A DNA stretch of 32,000 nt from Pseudomonas aeruginosa (GCF_001457615.1 NZ_LN831024.1:4860001-4892000); one strand, 5' to 3'. Numbered from the stretch's first letter, positions 18,675 through 28,291 are shown. Notes: a model not told the origin generated them from the letters alone. A program made the numbers and translations.

Positions 18675-19526
18675 TCAGTCGAACACCACCGTCTTGTTGC
18701 CGTGTACCAGTACGCGGTCTTCCAGGTGATAGCGCAGTCCGCGCGCGAGCACCAGTTTTTCCACATCCTTGCCCAGCCGCACCATGTCTTCGACGTTGTC
18801 GCGGTGAGTGACCCGCACCACGTCCTGCTCGATGATCGGACCGGCATCCAGTTCCTCGGTCACGTAATGGCTGGTCGCGCCGATCAGCTTGACCCCGCGC
18901 TTCGACGCCTGGTGATACGGCTTGGCGCCGATGAAGGACGGCAGGAAGCTGTGGTGGATGTTGATCACCTGGTGGGCGTACTTGCGGCACAGGTCCGGCG
19001 GCAGGATCTGCATGTAGCGAGCCAGGACGATGCAGTCGGCGCCATGTTCGTCGATCAGCCGGGAAACTTCATCGAAGGCCGGCTGCTTGTCCTGCGGATC
19101 GACGGGAACGTGGAAATACGGGATGCCGTGCCACTCGACCATGCTGCGCAGGTCGTCGTGGTTGGCGATCACGCAGGGAATCTCGCAGTCCAGTTCGCCG
19201 CTGTGCCAGCGGTGCAGCAGATCGGCCAGGCAATGGGACTCCTTGCTGGCCATCAGCACCACGCGCTTCTTCACCTCGGAATCGGTGATCCGCCATTCCA
19301 TGGAGAATTCGCGGGCGATCGGGGCGAAAGCCTGGCGGAAGCCATCCAGGTCGAACGGCAGAGAGTCGGCACGGATCTCGTGGCGCATGAAGAACCAGCC
19401 GTTATCGTTGTCGGAATGATGGCTGGCTTCGGTGATCCAGCCATTGTAGGTGGCCAGGAAGTTACTCACCTTGGCAACGATCCCGACCCCGTCGGGACAG
19501 GCGATCACCAGCCGAAAAGTGCGCAT
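18675..19526 (-). CDS. purU: Formyltetrahydrofolate deformylase
   Basis: Track ORF, 283 aa. It has an N-terminal ACT-like domain (VIACPDGVGIVAKVSNFL) and a formyltransferase core (NIHHSFLPSFIGAKPYHQA). Confidence 0.92.
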   Translation of the reverse strand: MRTFRLVIACPDGVGIVAKVSNFLATYNGWITEASHHSDNDNGWFFMRHEIRADSLPFDLDGFRQAFAPIAREFSMEWRITDSEVKKRVVLMASKESHCLADLLHRWHSGELDCEIPCVIANHDDLRSMVEWHGIPYFHVPVDPQDKQPAFDEVSRLIDEHGADCIVLARYMQILPPDLCRKYAHQVINIHHSFLPSFIGAKPYHQASKRGVKLIGATSHYVTEELDAGPIIEQDVVRVTHRDNVEDMVRLGKDVEKLVLARGLRYHLEDRVLVHGNKTVVFD

Positions 19527-19703
19527 GGGTATACTCCAGAAACATCGCGAAAGGCCGCCATTCTAGCGGCATGGCGGGAAAAGTTCAGCCTCGGCGAAGG
19601 TCTTTCGACAGGCTGTTGCGCGAGAGAATAAACCCGCACAACAGGGCAATCCCGATGCGGAATTAATTACTTTGAATTTCATCGAGAAAAGTTTTCATCG
19701 CGG

Positions 19704-19732
19704 TTTACTTACAGTTTCGCCCTGACTATTAT
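19704..19732 (+). promoter_or_regulatory. Candidate sigma-70 promoter for mvaT
   Basis: TTTACT-N17-TATTAT lies about 50 nt upstream of the mvaT ATG, inside a stretch that is about 31% G+C by hand count (19661-19740). This is a sequence match only. Confidence 0.4.
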
Positions 19733-19785
19733 TGAATCTACTTACATGCCCGCCACCGCCACTCAGCACAGACAAGGTACCTGAC

Positions 19786-20160
19786 ATGTCCCTGATCAAC
19801 GAATATCGCGCCACGGAAGAAGCCATCAAGGAACTTCAGGAGCGCCTGAAGTCCCTGGAACAAGACGACAAACTGAAAAAAGAACTGGAATTCGAAGAGA
19901 AGCTGCGCACGCTGATGGGCACTTACCAGAAGTCCCTGCGTGACGTGATTTCCCTGCTCGATCCGGACGCCAAGATCGGCAAGAGCACCCGCACTGCCAA
20001 GGCGCCTGCCGGCAAGCGCGCGCGCAAGGTCAAGCAGTACAAGAACCCGCACACCGGCGAAGTCATCGAGACCAAGGGCGGCAACCACAAGACTTTGAAA
20101 GAGTGGAAAGCCAAGTGGGGCCCCGAGGCCGTCGAGAGCTGGGCCACCCTGCTCGGCTAA
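19786..20160 (+). CDS. mvaT: H-NS-like xenogeneic silencer MvaT
   Basis: Internal ATG of track ORF 19732..20160 (MSLINEYRATEEAIKELQERLKSLEQ, 124 aa). It has a coiled-coil N-terminus and a basic C-terminal DNA-binding part (KRARKVKQYKNPHTGEVIETKGGNHKTLKEWK). Confidence 0.92.
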   Translation: MSLINEYRATEEAIKELQERLKSLEQDDKLKKELEFEEKLRTLMGTYQKSLRDVISLLDPDAKIGKSTRTAKAPAGKRARKVKQYKNPHTGEVIETKGGNHKTLKEWKAKWGPEAVESWATLLG

Positions 20161-20179
20161 ACCAGTCAGTTCCACGAAG

Positions 20180-20205
20180 AACGCCAGCCCAGTGCTGGCG
20201 TTTTT
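20180..20205 (+). terminator. Rho-independent terminator after mvaT
   Basis: AACGCCAGC-CCAGT-GCTGGCGTT followed by TTTCATTT. Confidence 0.8.
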
Positions 20206-20244
20206 CATTTCCGCCGGATTGTATCGGCTCCTCTGCCTGCGCCC

Positions 20245-21687
20245 TCAAGTCTCCAGCGAATAGCGTTGACGCAGTTCCGCGGCGTAATCGCGCCAGGCCG
20301 CAAGTACCGCCGGCAATGTGCCGCCCTGCTCTTGCCGACAAGCCTCCAGCGCCGCCTCGAAGGCCGGCAAAGTATTCGGTGCGCCGTATTCTTCATGGGA
20401 CAAACGATTGCGGCAGAAGCTTTCCCATTGTTGGCGCTCGGCCACATTTAAAGTTTCCGGGAAATTTCGCGCACGATAGCGGAAGAACAACTCCTGCAAA
20501 CGGGCATCGTCGAAGGGCCATTGTTCTTTGGCCAATTGCTCCGGTTCGGCAAGGCGCAGCTGTTCACAAAGGCGTCGATCCCGATCGCCAATAAATCCGT
20601 CATACAACTGTTGCTCGGGGTCGTCGCTGGCGGAGAAACTTTCTTCGCCATATAGCGCTGTCAGTTTGTCCGCCCAGACGGTTTGATGCTGGCGCAACAG
20701 CTCGGCTTTTTGCTGGCACTCATCGAGTTCGATGCCGGTTCGCTGGCGATCCTCGGCGCGCAATACCGACAGCGGCGCCACCACCGGGCAACGGTTGACC
20801 TGGATCTGCTTCAGCGGCACCGGCAACTCGCCCTCGGCCAGTTCGTCGCGACGGGTATACAGGCGCCTGCGCAAGTCCTCGGCCGACAACTCCAGCAGCG
20901 GCGCGGGATCGGCGCAGAGGTCGCAGACGATCAGAGCATTGCGGTTGCGCGGGTGCCAGGCCAGCGGCAGGGCCACCGAGAGGAAATGGCGCTCCGCGGA
21001 AAAGCGTCCGGAGACATGCACCAGCGGCTGCAGCAGGCGTACCTGGTCGAGCACCTTGTGCTTGCTGCGCAACTGGTAGAGGTAATCGTACAGGCGCGGC
21101 TGGCGCTGACGGATCAGGCGGGCCAGGGCAATGGTGGCGCGGACATCGGAAAGCGCGTCGTGGGCCTGCCCATGCTCCAGGCCGTTCGCCGCGGTGAGCA
21201 TTTCCAGCTTCAGCGACAGCCGGCCGTCCAGCTGCGGCCACTGGATGCCCTCCGGGCGCAGGGCATAGGCGGTACGGACCATGTCGATCAGGTCCCAGCG
21301 GCTATTGCCGCCTTGCCACTCGCGGGCGTAGGGATCGAAGAAGTTGCGGTACAGGCTGTAGCGCGTCACTTCGTCGTCGAAGCGCAGGGAGTTGTAGCCG
21401 GCCACGCAGGTCGCCGGCTGCGCCAGCTGGGCGTGTACCCGGGTCATGAAGTCGGCCTCGGACAGCCCCCGCTCGGCCAGCCGCTGGGGAGTGATGCCGG
21501 TGATCAGGCAAGCCATAGGGTGGGGCAGGATATCGTCGCTGGGACGGCAATACAGGTTCATCGGCTCGCCGATCTCGTTCAGCGCCTCGTCCGTGCGGAT
21601 CCCGGCGATCTGCAACGGCCGGTCGCGGCGAGGGTCGATGCCGGTGGTTTCGTAGTCGTACCAAAAAATACTCGCGTTCACGGTCAT
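20245..21687 (-). CDS. sbcB: Exodeoxyribonuclease I
   Basis: Track ORF, 480 aa. The N-terminal DEDDh exonuclease motif is present (FWYDYETTGIDPRRDRPLQIAGIR), and the length and architecture fit ExoI. Confidence 0.92.
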   Translation of the reverse strand: MTVNASIFWYDYETTGIDPRRDRPLQIAGIRTDEALNEIGEPMNLYCRPSDDILPHPMACLITGITPQRLAERGLSEADFMTRVHAQLAQPATCVAGYNSLRFDDEVTRYSLYRNFFDPYAREWQGGNSRWDLIDMVRTAYALRPEGIQWPQLDGRLSLKLEMLTAANGLEHGQAHDALSDVRATIALARLIRQRQPRLYDYLYQLRSKHKVLDQVRLLQPLVHVSGRFSAERHFLSVALPLAWHPRNRNALIVCDLCADPAPLLELSAEDLRRRLYTRRDELAEGELPVPLKQIQVNRCPVVAPLSVLRAEDRQRTGIELDECQQKAELLRQHQTVWADKLTALYGEESFSASDDPEQQLYDGFIGDRDRRLCEQLRLAEPEQLAKEQWPFDDARLQELFFRYRARNFPETLNVAERQQWESFCRNRLSHEEYGAPNTLPAFEAALEACRQEQGGTLPAVLAAWRDYAAELRQRYSLET

Positions 21688-21911
21688 TCCCTTTCTGGCG
21701 GCACCGGGCAGTCTACCAGTGACTGCCGCGAAGCTCGCGACCCACTTCGGGGATTTCCAGGTTTTCCAACGAACTCACGGAAAGCGCCGTAGGCACGGCC
21801 CGCCAGGGCGCGTCAGTGCGCATATCTGCCATCCGAACCTTGCGTTGTCCCCTCCGCCCTCGCTAGCATTCCGCTCGCACGGATGCCCGTTTCACTGACA
21901 AGGACAGCACC

Positions 21912-22649
21912 ATGAACGACACCAGCAATCCCTACGCCACCCCCGCCAGCGCCCTGCAACCGACCCAGGCGGTGCCGCCGGTCATCGGCGACTACGACTT
22001 CCGCATCGGCGACGTGATCAGCGAAGCCTGGGCCAAGATCAAGGGCGTCAAAGGCATCCTGATCGGCGCCTTCGTGGTCTACAGCGTGGTGATCCAGACC
22101 ATCACCTTCATCCTCACCCTGCTCTTCGGCGGTATCGGCCTGATGAGCGAGGCCGATCCCATCGCCTTCGCGGTCGGCCAGATGATCGCCAGCCTGGTCG
22201 CCACGGCGGTGGGCTACCCGTTCTTCACCGGCCTGACCATGATCGGCATCCGCCGCGCCGCCGACCAGCCGGCGACCTTCAACGAAATGTTCAACTACTT
22301 CGGCATGCTGGTGCCGCTGCTGCTCACCGGCCTGCTGATGATGCTGATGGTCTACGTCGGCTTCTTCCTGCTGATCATCCCCGGTCTCTACCTGAGCGTC
22401 GCCTACATGCTCGCCCTGCCGCTGGTGGCCGAGCGCGGCCTGACGCCCTGGCAGGCCCTGGAAACCTCGCGCAAGGCCATCAGCCGCCACTGGTTCAAGG
22501 TGTTCGGCCTGCTGCTGGTGCTGAGCCTGCTGATGCTGGTGAGCATGATCCCGCTGTTCATCGGCCTGATCTGGACCGGCCCGCTGTTCGTCGTCTCCAT
22601 GGGTATTCTCTACCGCACCATCTTCGGCGTTCGCCCACTGGGCAACTGA
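21912..22649 (+). CDS. Multi-pass inner-membrane protein of unknown function
   Basis: Track ORF, 245 aa. The N-terminus MNDTSNPYATPAS is followed by at least five hydrophobic segments. AAGGA lies upstream of the ATG. Confidence 0.75.
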   Translation: MNDTSNPYATPASALQPTQAVPPVIGDYDFRIGDVISEAWAKIKGVKGILIGAFVVYSVVIQTITFILTLLFGGIGLMSEADPIAFAVGQMIASLVATAVGYPFFTGLTMIGIRRAADQPATFNEMFNYFGMLVPLLLTGLLMMLMVYVGFFLLIIPGLYLSVAYMLALPLVAERGLTPWQALETSRKAISRHWFKVFGLLLVLSLLMLVSMIPLFIGLIWTGPLFVVSMGILYRTIFGVRPLGN

Positions 22650-22656
22650 GGTGCAG

Positions 22657-22680
22657 ACCGGGCCGTCGCGGCGGCCCGGT
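22657..22680 (+). terminator. GC-rich stem-loop after the membrane protein gene (weak terminator or attenuator)
   Basis: ACCGGGCCG (22657-22665) pairs with CGGCCCGGT (22672-22680). There is no clear T tract, so its function is uncertain. Confidence 0.35.
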
Positions 22681-22734
22681 TGCCTGATGACGCCACGCTG
22701 GCTAGCATCTGACTTTCCCCGACACGGCCCCCCG

Positions 22735-23484
22735 ATGCCACCGAACGCAGCCGCTCGCCTCGTCGCGCCCGCCTCCCGGCCAGGCGCCGAGGTCCTCGAC
22801 ACCCACTACCACGTGGAAACGCCGGAAGGCATCGACCTGCTCCTGCGTCCCGCCGGCGTCGTCCCCCGGGCCCTGGCCTATACCATCGACCTCTGCATCC
22901 GCGGCCTGATCATGCTGGTGCTGATGCTCGGCCTGGCGTTCCTCGGCAAGCTCGGCGCCGGCCTCGGCCTGCTGCTGACCTTCATCATGACCTGGTGGTA
23001 CATGGTCCTCTTCGAGGTGCTCAACCAGGGCCGCTCGCCCGGCAAGCAGATGATGGGACTGCGCGTCGTCCACGACGACGGCACTCCGGTGGGCTGGGCC
23101 GCGTCGCTGCTGCGCAACCTGCTGCGCTTCGCCGACATCCTGCCCTTCGGCTACGCCCTCGGTCTGCTCTGTTGCCTGAACCATCCGGCCTTCAAGCGCC
23201 TGGGCGACATCGCCGCCGGCACCCTGGTGGTCTACCGCGAACCCGAACTGAGCCGGCCCAGCCTGCCTGACGTCGAGCCGCAACTGCCGCCCTTCCCCAT
23301 GAGCCTGGAAGAACAGCGCGCCTTCCTCGGTTTCGCCGAACGCGGCGCGGCGCTTTCCTCGGCACGCCGCGAGGAACTGGCGGGCATTCTCGCCGAACCG
23401 CTGGGCGTCGAGCCGGTACGCGCCCAGGCCGAGATCAACGGCATCGCCCGCGGCTTTCTCGGCCTGCGTCAGGAGAGCGCATGA
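22735..23484 (+). CDS. RDD-family membrane protein
   Basis: Track ORF 22651..23484. I prefer ATG 22735 (249 aa). Codons between 22651 and 22734 include several that are rare for this genome (cta, tct, ttt, cga), and that stretch contains the stem-loop above. ATG 22687 is an alternative start. RDD-type features: PRALAYTIDLCIRG and GKQMMGLRVVHDDG. Confidence 0.7.
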   Translation: MPPNAAARLVAPASRPGAEVLDTHYHVETPEGIDLLLRPAGVVPRALAYTIDLCIRGLIMLVLMLGLAFLGKLGAGLGLLLTFIMTWWYMVLFEVLNQGRSPGKQMMGLRVVHDDGTPVGWAASLLRNLLRFADILPFGYALGLLCCLNHPAFKRLGDIAAGTLVVYREPELSRPSLPDVEPQLPPFPMSLEEQRAFLGFAERGAALSSARREELAGILAEPLGVEPVRAQAEINGIARGFLGLRQESA

Positions 23485-24461
23485 AACAGAGCCTCTTCGA
23501 ACAGCGCCACCAGGCCGCCTGGCAACGCTTCGACAAACGCCTCGCCTTCCTCGAGAAAGGCAAGAAGCTGGAAGGCTCCAGCGACGACTTCGCCGCCGAT
23601 TACCGGCGCCTCTGCCAGCAACTGGCGCTGGCCCAGGAGCGCGGCTACAGCAGTCACCTGATCGACCAGTTGCAGCAACTGGCGATGCGCGGCCATCAGC
23701 AGTTCTACCGGCACCGCAGCCACCTCGGCAGCCGCATCCTCGGCTTCCTGCTCGCCGGCCTGCCGCGCCTGGTCCGCGAGGAGTGGCGCAGCATCGCCGT
23801 GGCCAGCCTGCTGTTCTACGGCAGCGCCCTGCTCATGGGGCTGCTGGTCTATCACTTTCCCGACCTGATCTACAGCGTGGTCAGCCCGGACAAGGTCAGC
23901 GAGATGGAGTCTATGTACGCCCCGGAAACCACCCGCCTGGGTCCGTTGGGGGCACGCGACACCAGCGACGACTGGGAAATGTTCGGCTTCTACATCATGA
24001 ACAACATCGGCATCGCCTTTCAGACCTTCGCCAGCGGCGTGCTGCTGGGACTCGGCAGCCTGTTCTTCCTGCTGTTCAATGGCCTGATGATCGGTTCGGT
24101 GGCCGGCCACCTGACGCAGATCGGCTACGTGCAGACCTTCTGGCCGTTCGTCATCGGCCACGGCGCGTTCGAACTGACCGCCATCACCTTCGCCGGCGCC
24201 GCCGGCCTCAAGCTCGGCTGGGCGCTGCTCGCGCCAGGTCGCCTGACCCGCGGCGAAGCCCTGCGGCTGGCCGCCCGGCGCAGCGTGCAACTGATCGCCG
24301 GGGTGATCGTGCTGTTGCTGCTGGCGGCCTTCACCGAGGCCTATTGGTCTTCCATCAGTCATTTCGAGCCGCGGGTGAAGTACGCGGTCGGCGCGGTCCT
24401 CTGGCTGCTGGTCGGCAGCTACTTCCTGTTCGCCGGACGGAGCCGCCATGCGCCTGACTGA
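23481..24461 (+). CDS. SpoIIM-like (DUF95) membrane protein
   Basis: Track ORF, 326 aa, with an ATGA overlap onto the RDD gene. Family-typical stretch: NNIGIAFQTFASGVLLGLGSLFFLLFNGLMIGSVAG. Confidence 0.75.
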   Translation: MKQSLFEQRHQAAWQRFDKRLAFLEKGKKLEGSSDDFAADYRRLCQQLALAQERGYSSHLIDQLQQLAMRGHQQFYRHRSHLGSRILGFLLAGLPRLVREEWRSIAVASLLFYGSALLMGLLVYHFPDLIYSVVSPDKVSEMESMYAPETTRLGPLGARDTSDDWEMFGFYIMNNIGIAFQTFASGVLLGLGSLFFLLFNGLMIGSVAGHLTQIGYVQTFWPFVIGHGAFELTAITFAGAAGLKLGWALLAPGRLTRGEALRLAARRSVQLIAGVIVLLLLAAFTEAYWSSISHFEPRVKYAVGAVLWLLVGSYFLFAGRSRHAPD

Positions 24462-26019
24462 CGCCAGCGTGGCGATCCGCCCGCGCAGCGCCTGGGAAGC
24501 GCTCGACCTCGGCATCCTCCTGGCGCATCGCCATGCGCGCCTGCTGATGGGCAGCTGGGCGTTGCTGACCCTGCCGCTGTTCGCCGTGCTCAGCCTCCTG
24601 CTGTGGCAGCATCCGACCCTGGCGATCCTGATCTTCTGGTGGCTCAAGCCGGCCTTCGAACGGCTGCCGCTGTACATTCTCTCGCACGCCCTGTTCGGCG
24701 ATACGCCAACCCTGAGGCAGGCCCTGCGCGCCTATCCCGCCCTGCTGAGGAAGCAGTTGCCGGCCAGCCTGCTGTGGCGCCGCTTCAGTCCGACGCGCAG
24801 CTTCGACCTGCCGGTCCTGCAACTGGAAGGGCTCGCCGGGGAGCCCCGCAGCCAGCGCCTGATCGTATTGTCCCAGCGCAACGCCGGCGGCGCGACCTGG
24901 CTGACCGTGGTCGGCGTGCACCTGGAAATGGCGCTCTGGGCCGGCTTCGCCATGCTTCTCTACCTGCTGATCCCGGCGCAGAACGAGATCGACTGGAACT
25001 GGCAGAGCCTGCTCGACCCGGAAGCCGGCGAGTGGCTCTGGCTGGAGCACCTGTCGAACCTGCTCTACGTCCTGGTGCTGGTAGTCTGGGAGCCGATCTA
25101 CGTGGCCTGCGGCTTCACCCTCTACCTGAACCGGCGCACCGAACTGGAGGCCTGGGACATCGAGCTGGTGTTCCGCCGCCTGCGCCAGCGTCTGGTCGGC
25201 AGCGCCTATGTCCTGCTGCTCGGCCTGACCGCTTCGCTGGCCTGGCTGCCCGCCCCTTCCGCCTACGCCGAGCCGGCGGCCGCCACCAGCGCCGGCGAAG
25301 CCGAGCTGCCGCCCGAGCAGGCCCGCCTGCTGCGGCAGAAACTCAACAGCGAACAGGCCGGCAAGCAGATCCGGGCGATCGTCGACGGCGCGCCGTTCAA
25401 GAACAGCGAGACCGTTACGGGCTGGCGCTTCGGCGACAAGACCGAGAAAAAGGACAGCCGCAAGGAGGACGAAGAGCGGCTCAAGGCATTCTTCGAGGCC
25501 CTGGCCAACTGGGTGCCGTTCCGTCACGCGGCGCAGGTCATCGAAGTGCTGCTCTGGGCGCTGCTGTTCAGCGCGGTGTTCCTGCTGGTCTGGCGCTACC
25601 GTGAATGGCTGCGCCTGTTCGTCGGCAACCTGGGCTTGCCGCAACGGGCCCGCCGCGAAGCGCCGACGGTGATGTTCGGCCTCGATCTCAGTCCGGAAAG
25701 CCTGCCCGACGACATCGCCGGCAACGCCGAACGGCTCTGGAACGAGAAACCACGGGAAGCCCTCGGCCTGCTCTACCGCGGGCTGCTCAGCCGACTGCTG
25801 CATGACTACCGCCTGCCGTTGAAGGGCTCCCATACCGAGGGCGAGGTCCTGCGTCTGGTCGAAGGACTGGAGCAACAACGGCCGCTGCTGCACTACAGCC
25901 AACTGCTGACCGCCCAATGGCAGGCGCTCGCCTACGGCCACCGGCTGCCGGCCGACGACGCTCGCCAGCGCCTCTGCGACGGCTGGCGCAGCCTTTTCGC
26001 CGCGGGAGCCAAGCCATGA
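24448..26019 (+). CDS. Membrane protein with C-terminal DUF4129-like domain
   Basis: Track ORF, 523 aa, overlapping the upstream gene by 14 nt. It has several TM helices, then a C-terminal soluble part (PREALGLLYRGLLSRLLHDYRLPLKGSHTEGEVLRLV) that resembles DUF4129. Confidence 0.7.
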   Translation: MRLTDASVAIRPRSAWEALDLGILLAHRHARLLMGSWALLTLPLFAVLSLLLWQHPTLAILIFWWLKPAFERLPLYILSHALFGDTPTLRQALRAYPALLRKQLPASLLWRRFSPTRSFDLPVLQLEGLAGEPRSQRLIVLSQRNAGGATWLTVVGVHLEMALWAGFAMLLYLLIPAQNEIDWNWQSLLDPEAGEWLWLEHLSNLLYVLVLVVWEPIYVACGFTLYLNRRTELEAWDIELVFRRLRQRLVGSAYVLLLGLTASLAWLPAPSAYAEPAAATSAGEAELPPEQARLLRQKLNSEQAGKQIRAIVDGAPFKNSETVTGWRFGDKTEKKDSRKEDEERLKAFFEALANWVPFRHAAQVIEVLLWALLFSAVFLLVWRYREWLRLFVGNLGLPQRARREAPTVMFGLDLSPESLPDDIAGNAERLWNEKPREALGLLYRGLLSRLLHDYRLPLKGSHTEGEVLRLVEGLEQQRPLLHYSQLLTAQWQALAYGHRLPADDARQRLCDGWRSLFAAGAKP

Positions 26020-27287
26020 TGAGCCGGCGCGCGCGCTTCCTGCTGCTTGCCGTGCTCCTGCTGCTGGCCGGGCTGCTGGCGATCTTCCTGGCCAGCCGCC
26101 TGCAACCCTATACGGAGACGATCGACCTCGGCCCATCGCCGGAGGCCCGGCGCAATCCCTACCTGGCCGCCGAACTGTTCCTGCGCAAGCAGGGGGTCAC
26201 GGTGAGCCGCGCCGACGGCCTTGAGGTCCTCAAGGAGCTGCCGCCCTCCGGGCATACCCTGCTCCTGCTCGGCAGCCGCTCCGGCATGACTCCCGGCCAG
26301 GCTCGCCGCCTGCTGCAATGGAGCGAGCAGGGCGGGCACCTGGTGCTGATCGCCGAACGCCTGTGGGACGAGGACGAGAAGAAGAGCGGCGACCTGCTGC
26401 TCGACAGCCTGGATATCCGCCAGTACCTGACCGAGGACTTCGACGACAGCCAGGACCGGGCCAGCGAGGAAACCGCCGACGCCGACGCCGACGAAGGTAG
26501 CGTCGACGACCATGCGACCGAAGCGCCGCCGGAGGAAGCCGCCGGCGAGGAAGAAGAGCCCGCCGACAGCGTGCCGGACTATTCCGCACTGACCCGCCTG
26601 TACCTGGAAAACGAGCGCTCGCCGGCCTACATCGGCTTCGATCCCGACTACCACCTCTACGATCCGCAGAACCACGCCTACGCCTGGGCCAACAGCGGCG
26701 ACGCCACCCACCTGTTGCAGATGCAGCACGGCAAGGGCCTGGTCACGGTGCTCACCGACGCCTGGATCTGGCAGAACCGCAACATCGAGCAGTACGACAA
26801 CGCCTGGCTGCTCTGGTACCTGACCCAGGACAACCAGGTGACCCTGCTCTACCGCGCCGAACGCGACAGCCTCGCCACCCTGCTCGCCCGCCACTTCCCC
26901 GAGGCCCTGGCGGCAGCGCTGCTGTTGTTGCTCGCCGGCCTGTGGCGCGCAGGGCTGCGCCAGGGTCCCTTGCAGCCGGTGGCCAGCCGTTCGCGCCGGC
27001 AACTGGAGGAACACCTGCGCGCCGGCGCCGACTTCCTCCTCCGCCAGCGCGGCCACGTCGCCTTGCTGCACGGTCTGCAACGCGACATCCTGCGCAGGGC
27101 GCGGCGTCGCCACCCCGGTTTCGAACAGCTCGGCGTCGCCGAGCAATGGCAGATCCTCGGGCGCATGACCCGCCTGCCACCCAGCGCCATCAGCCAGGCC
27201 ATGCGCCCATATCCGGCGCAGCGCCTTTCCGCTGCCGACTTCACCCGCCAGGTCGCCCACCTGCAAAGCCTCAGGAATGCCCTATGA
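26016..27287 (+). CDS. DUF4350-like protein with N-terminal membrane anchor
   Basis: Internal ATG of track ORF 25917..27287 (MMSRRARFLLLAVLLLLAGLLAIFLA, 423 aa), with an ATGA overlap. The segment GHTLLLLGSRSGMTPGQARRLLQWSEQGGHLVLIAE is typical of DUF4350. An acidic low-complexity linker is present. Confidence 0.7.
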   Translation: MMSRRARFLLLAVLLLLAGLLAIFLASRLQPYTETIDLGPSPEARRNPYLAAELFLRKQGVTVSRADGLEVLKELPPSGHTLLLLGSRSGMTPGQARRLLQWSEQGGHLVLIAERLWDEDEKKSGDLLLDSLDIRQYLTEDFDDSQDRASEETADADADEGSVDDHATEAPPEEAAGEEEEPADSVPDYSALTRLYLENERSPAYIGFDPDYHLYDPQNHAYAWANSGDATHLLQMQHGKGLVTVLTDAWIWQNRNIEQYDNAWLLWYLTQDNQVTLLYRAERDSLATLLARHFPEALAAALLLLLAGLWRAGLRQGPLQPVASRSRRQLEEHLRAGADFLLRQRGHVALLHGLQRDILRRARRRHPGFEQLGVAEQWQILGRMTRLPPSAISQAMRPYPAQRLSAADFTRQVAHLQSLRNAL

Positions 27288-28291
27288 GCGAACAGACGCC
27301 CGAACAACCGAGCACCGCGCCCAACCCGGCGCTCCAGCGCCAGCGCGCCAGCCAGCTGGCCCAGGCCCTGCGCACCGAACTGCAGAAAGCCCTGATCGGC
27401 CAGGGCGCAGTGATCGACGACGTGCTCACCGCGTTGCTCGCCGGCGGCCACGTGCTGGTGGAAGGCGTGCCGGGGCTCGGCAAGACCCTGCTGGTACGCG
27501 CCCTGGCGCGCTGCTTCGACGGCGGCTTCGCGCGCATCCAGTTCACCCCCGACCTGATGCCCAGCGACGTCACCGGCCACGCCGTATACGACCTCGCCAG
27601 CGAGCAGTTCAAGCTGCGCAAGGGGCCGGTGTTCACCCACCTGCTGCTGGCGGACGAGATCAACCGCGCGCCGGCCAAGACCCAGGCCGCCCTGCTGGAA
27701 GTGATGCAGGAGCGCCAGGTCACCCTGGAAGGACGCGCCCTGCCGGTGCCGCAGCCGTTCATGGTGCTGGCGACGCAGAACCCGATCGAGCAGGAAGGCA
27801 CCTATCCGCTGCCGGAAGCCGAACTCGACCGCTTCATGCTCAAGCTGCGCATCGATTACCCGGCCGAAGCCGAGGAACAGACCCTGGTGCGCCAGGTGAC
27901 CCGCTCCGCGCGCAGCGACATGCTCGACGTAGCCAACCTGCGGCCGCTGCTGAAGGACAAGGACGTTCTCGCCCTGCAGCGGATCGCCAGCGACCTGCCG
28001 ATCGACGACCAGGTCCTCGACTATGCCGTGCGCCTGGCCCGCACCACCCGCAACTGGCCGGGCCTGGCCCTCGGCGCCGGACCTCGCGCGTCGATCGCCC
28101 TGGTCCGTTGCGGCCGGGCGCGGGCGCTGCTGCGCGGCGGCGAGTTCGTGGTGCCGGACGACATCAAGGGCTGTGCCCTGGCGGTCCTGCGCCATCGGGT
28201 CCGGCTGTCTCCGGAGCTGGACATCGAGGGGCTGTCGGTGGACCAGGTCCTGCAACAGTTGCTCGACCAGGTACCGGCCCCCCGCGTATGA
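27284..28291 (+). CDS. MoxR-family AAA+ ATPase
   Basis: Internal ATG of track ORF 26942..28291 (MSEQTPEQPS, 335 aa), with an ATGA overlap. Motifs: Walker A GVPGLGKT, Walker B LLLADEINRA, and VLATQNPIEQEGTYPLPEAELDRF. Confidence 0.9.
   Translation: MSEQTPEQPSTAPNPALQRQRASQLAQALRTELQKALIGQGAVIDDVLTALLAGGHVLVEGVPGLGKTLLVRALARCFDGGFARIQFTPDLMPSDVTGHAVYDLASEQFKLRKGPVFTHLLLADEINRAPAKTQAALLEVMQERQVTLEGRALPVPQPFMVLATQNPIEQEGTYPLPEAELDRFMLKLRIDYPAEAEEQTLVRQVTRSARSDMLDVANLRPLLKDKDVLALQRIASDLPIDDQVLDYAVRLARTTRNWPGLALGAGPRASIALVRCGRARALLRGGEFVVPDDIKGCALAVLRHRVRLSPELDIEGLSVDQVLQQLLDQVPAPRV

Noticed and set aside
19630-20245. Low-GC mvaT region as a mobile element or prophage remnant
   Set aside because: There are no transposase or integrase genes, inverted terminal repeats or att-like direct repeats. 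mvaT is a conserved core gene. The compositional anomaly is reported as a finding, not as a mobile element.
21840-21870. Possible sigma-70 promoter TTGCGT-N18-TAGCAT upstream of the 21912 membrane protein gene
   Set aside because: The match is weak, the spacing is non-optimal, and the surrounding DNA is GC-rich enough for such matches to arise by chance. It is not strong enough to list as a feature.
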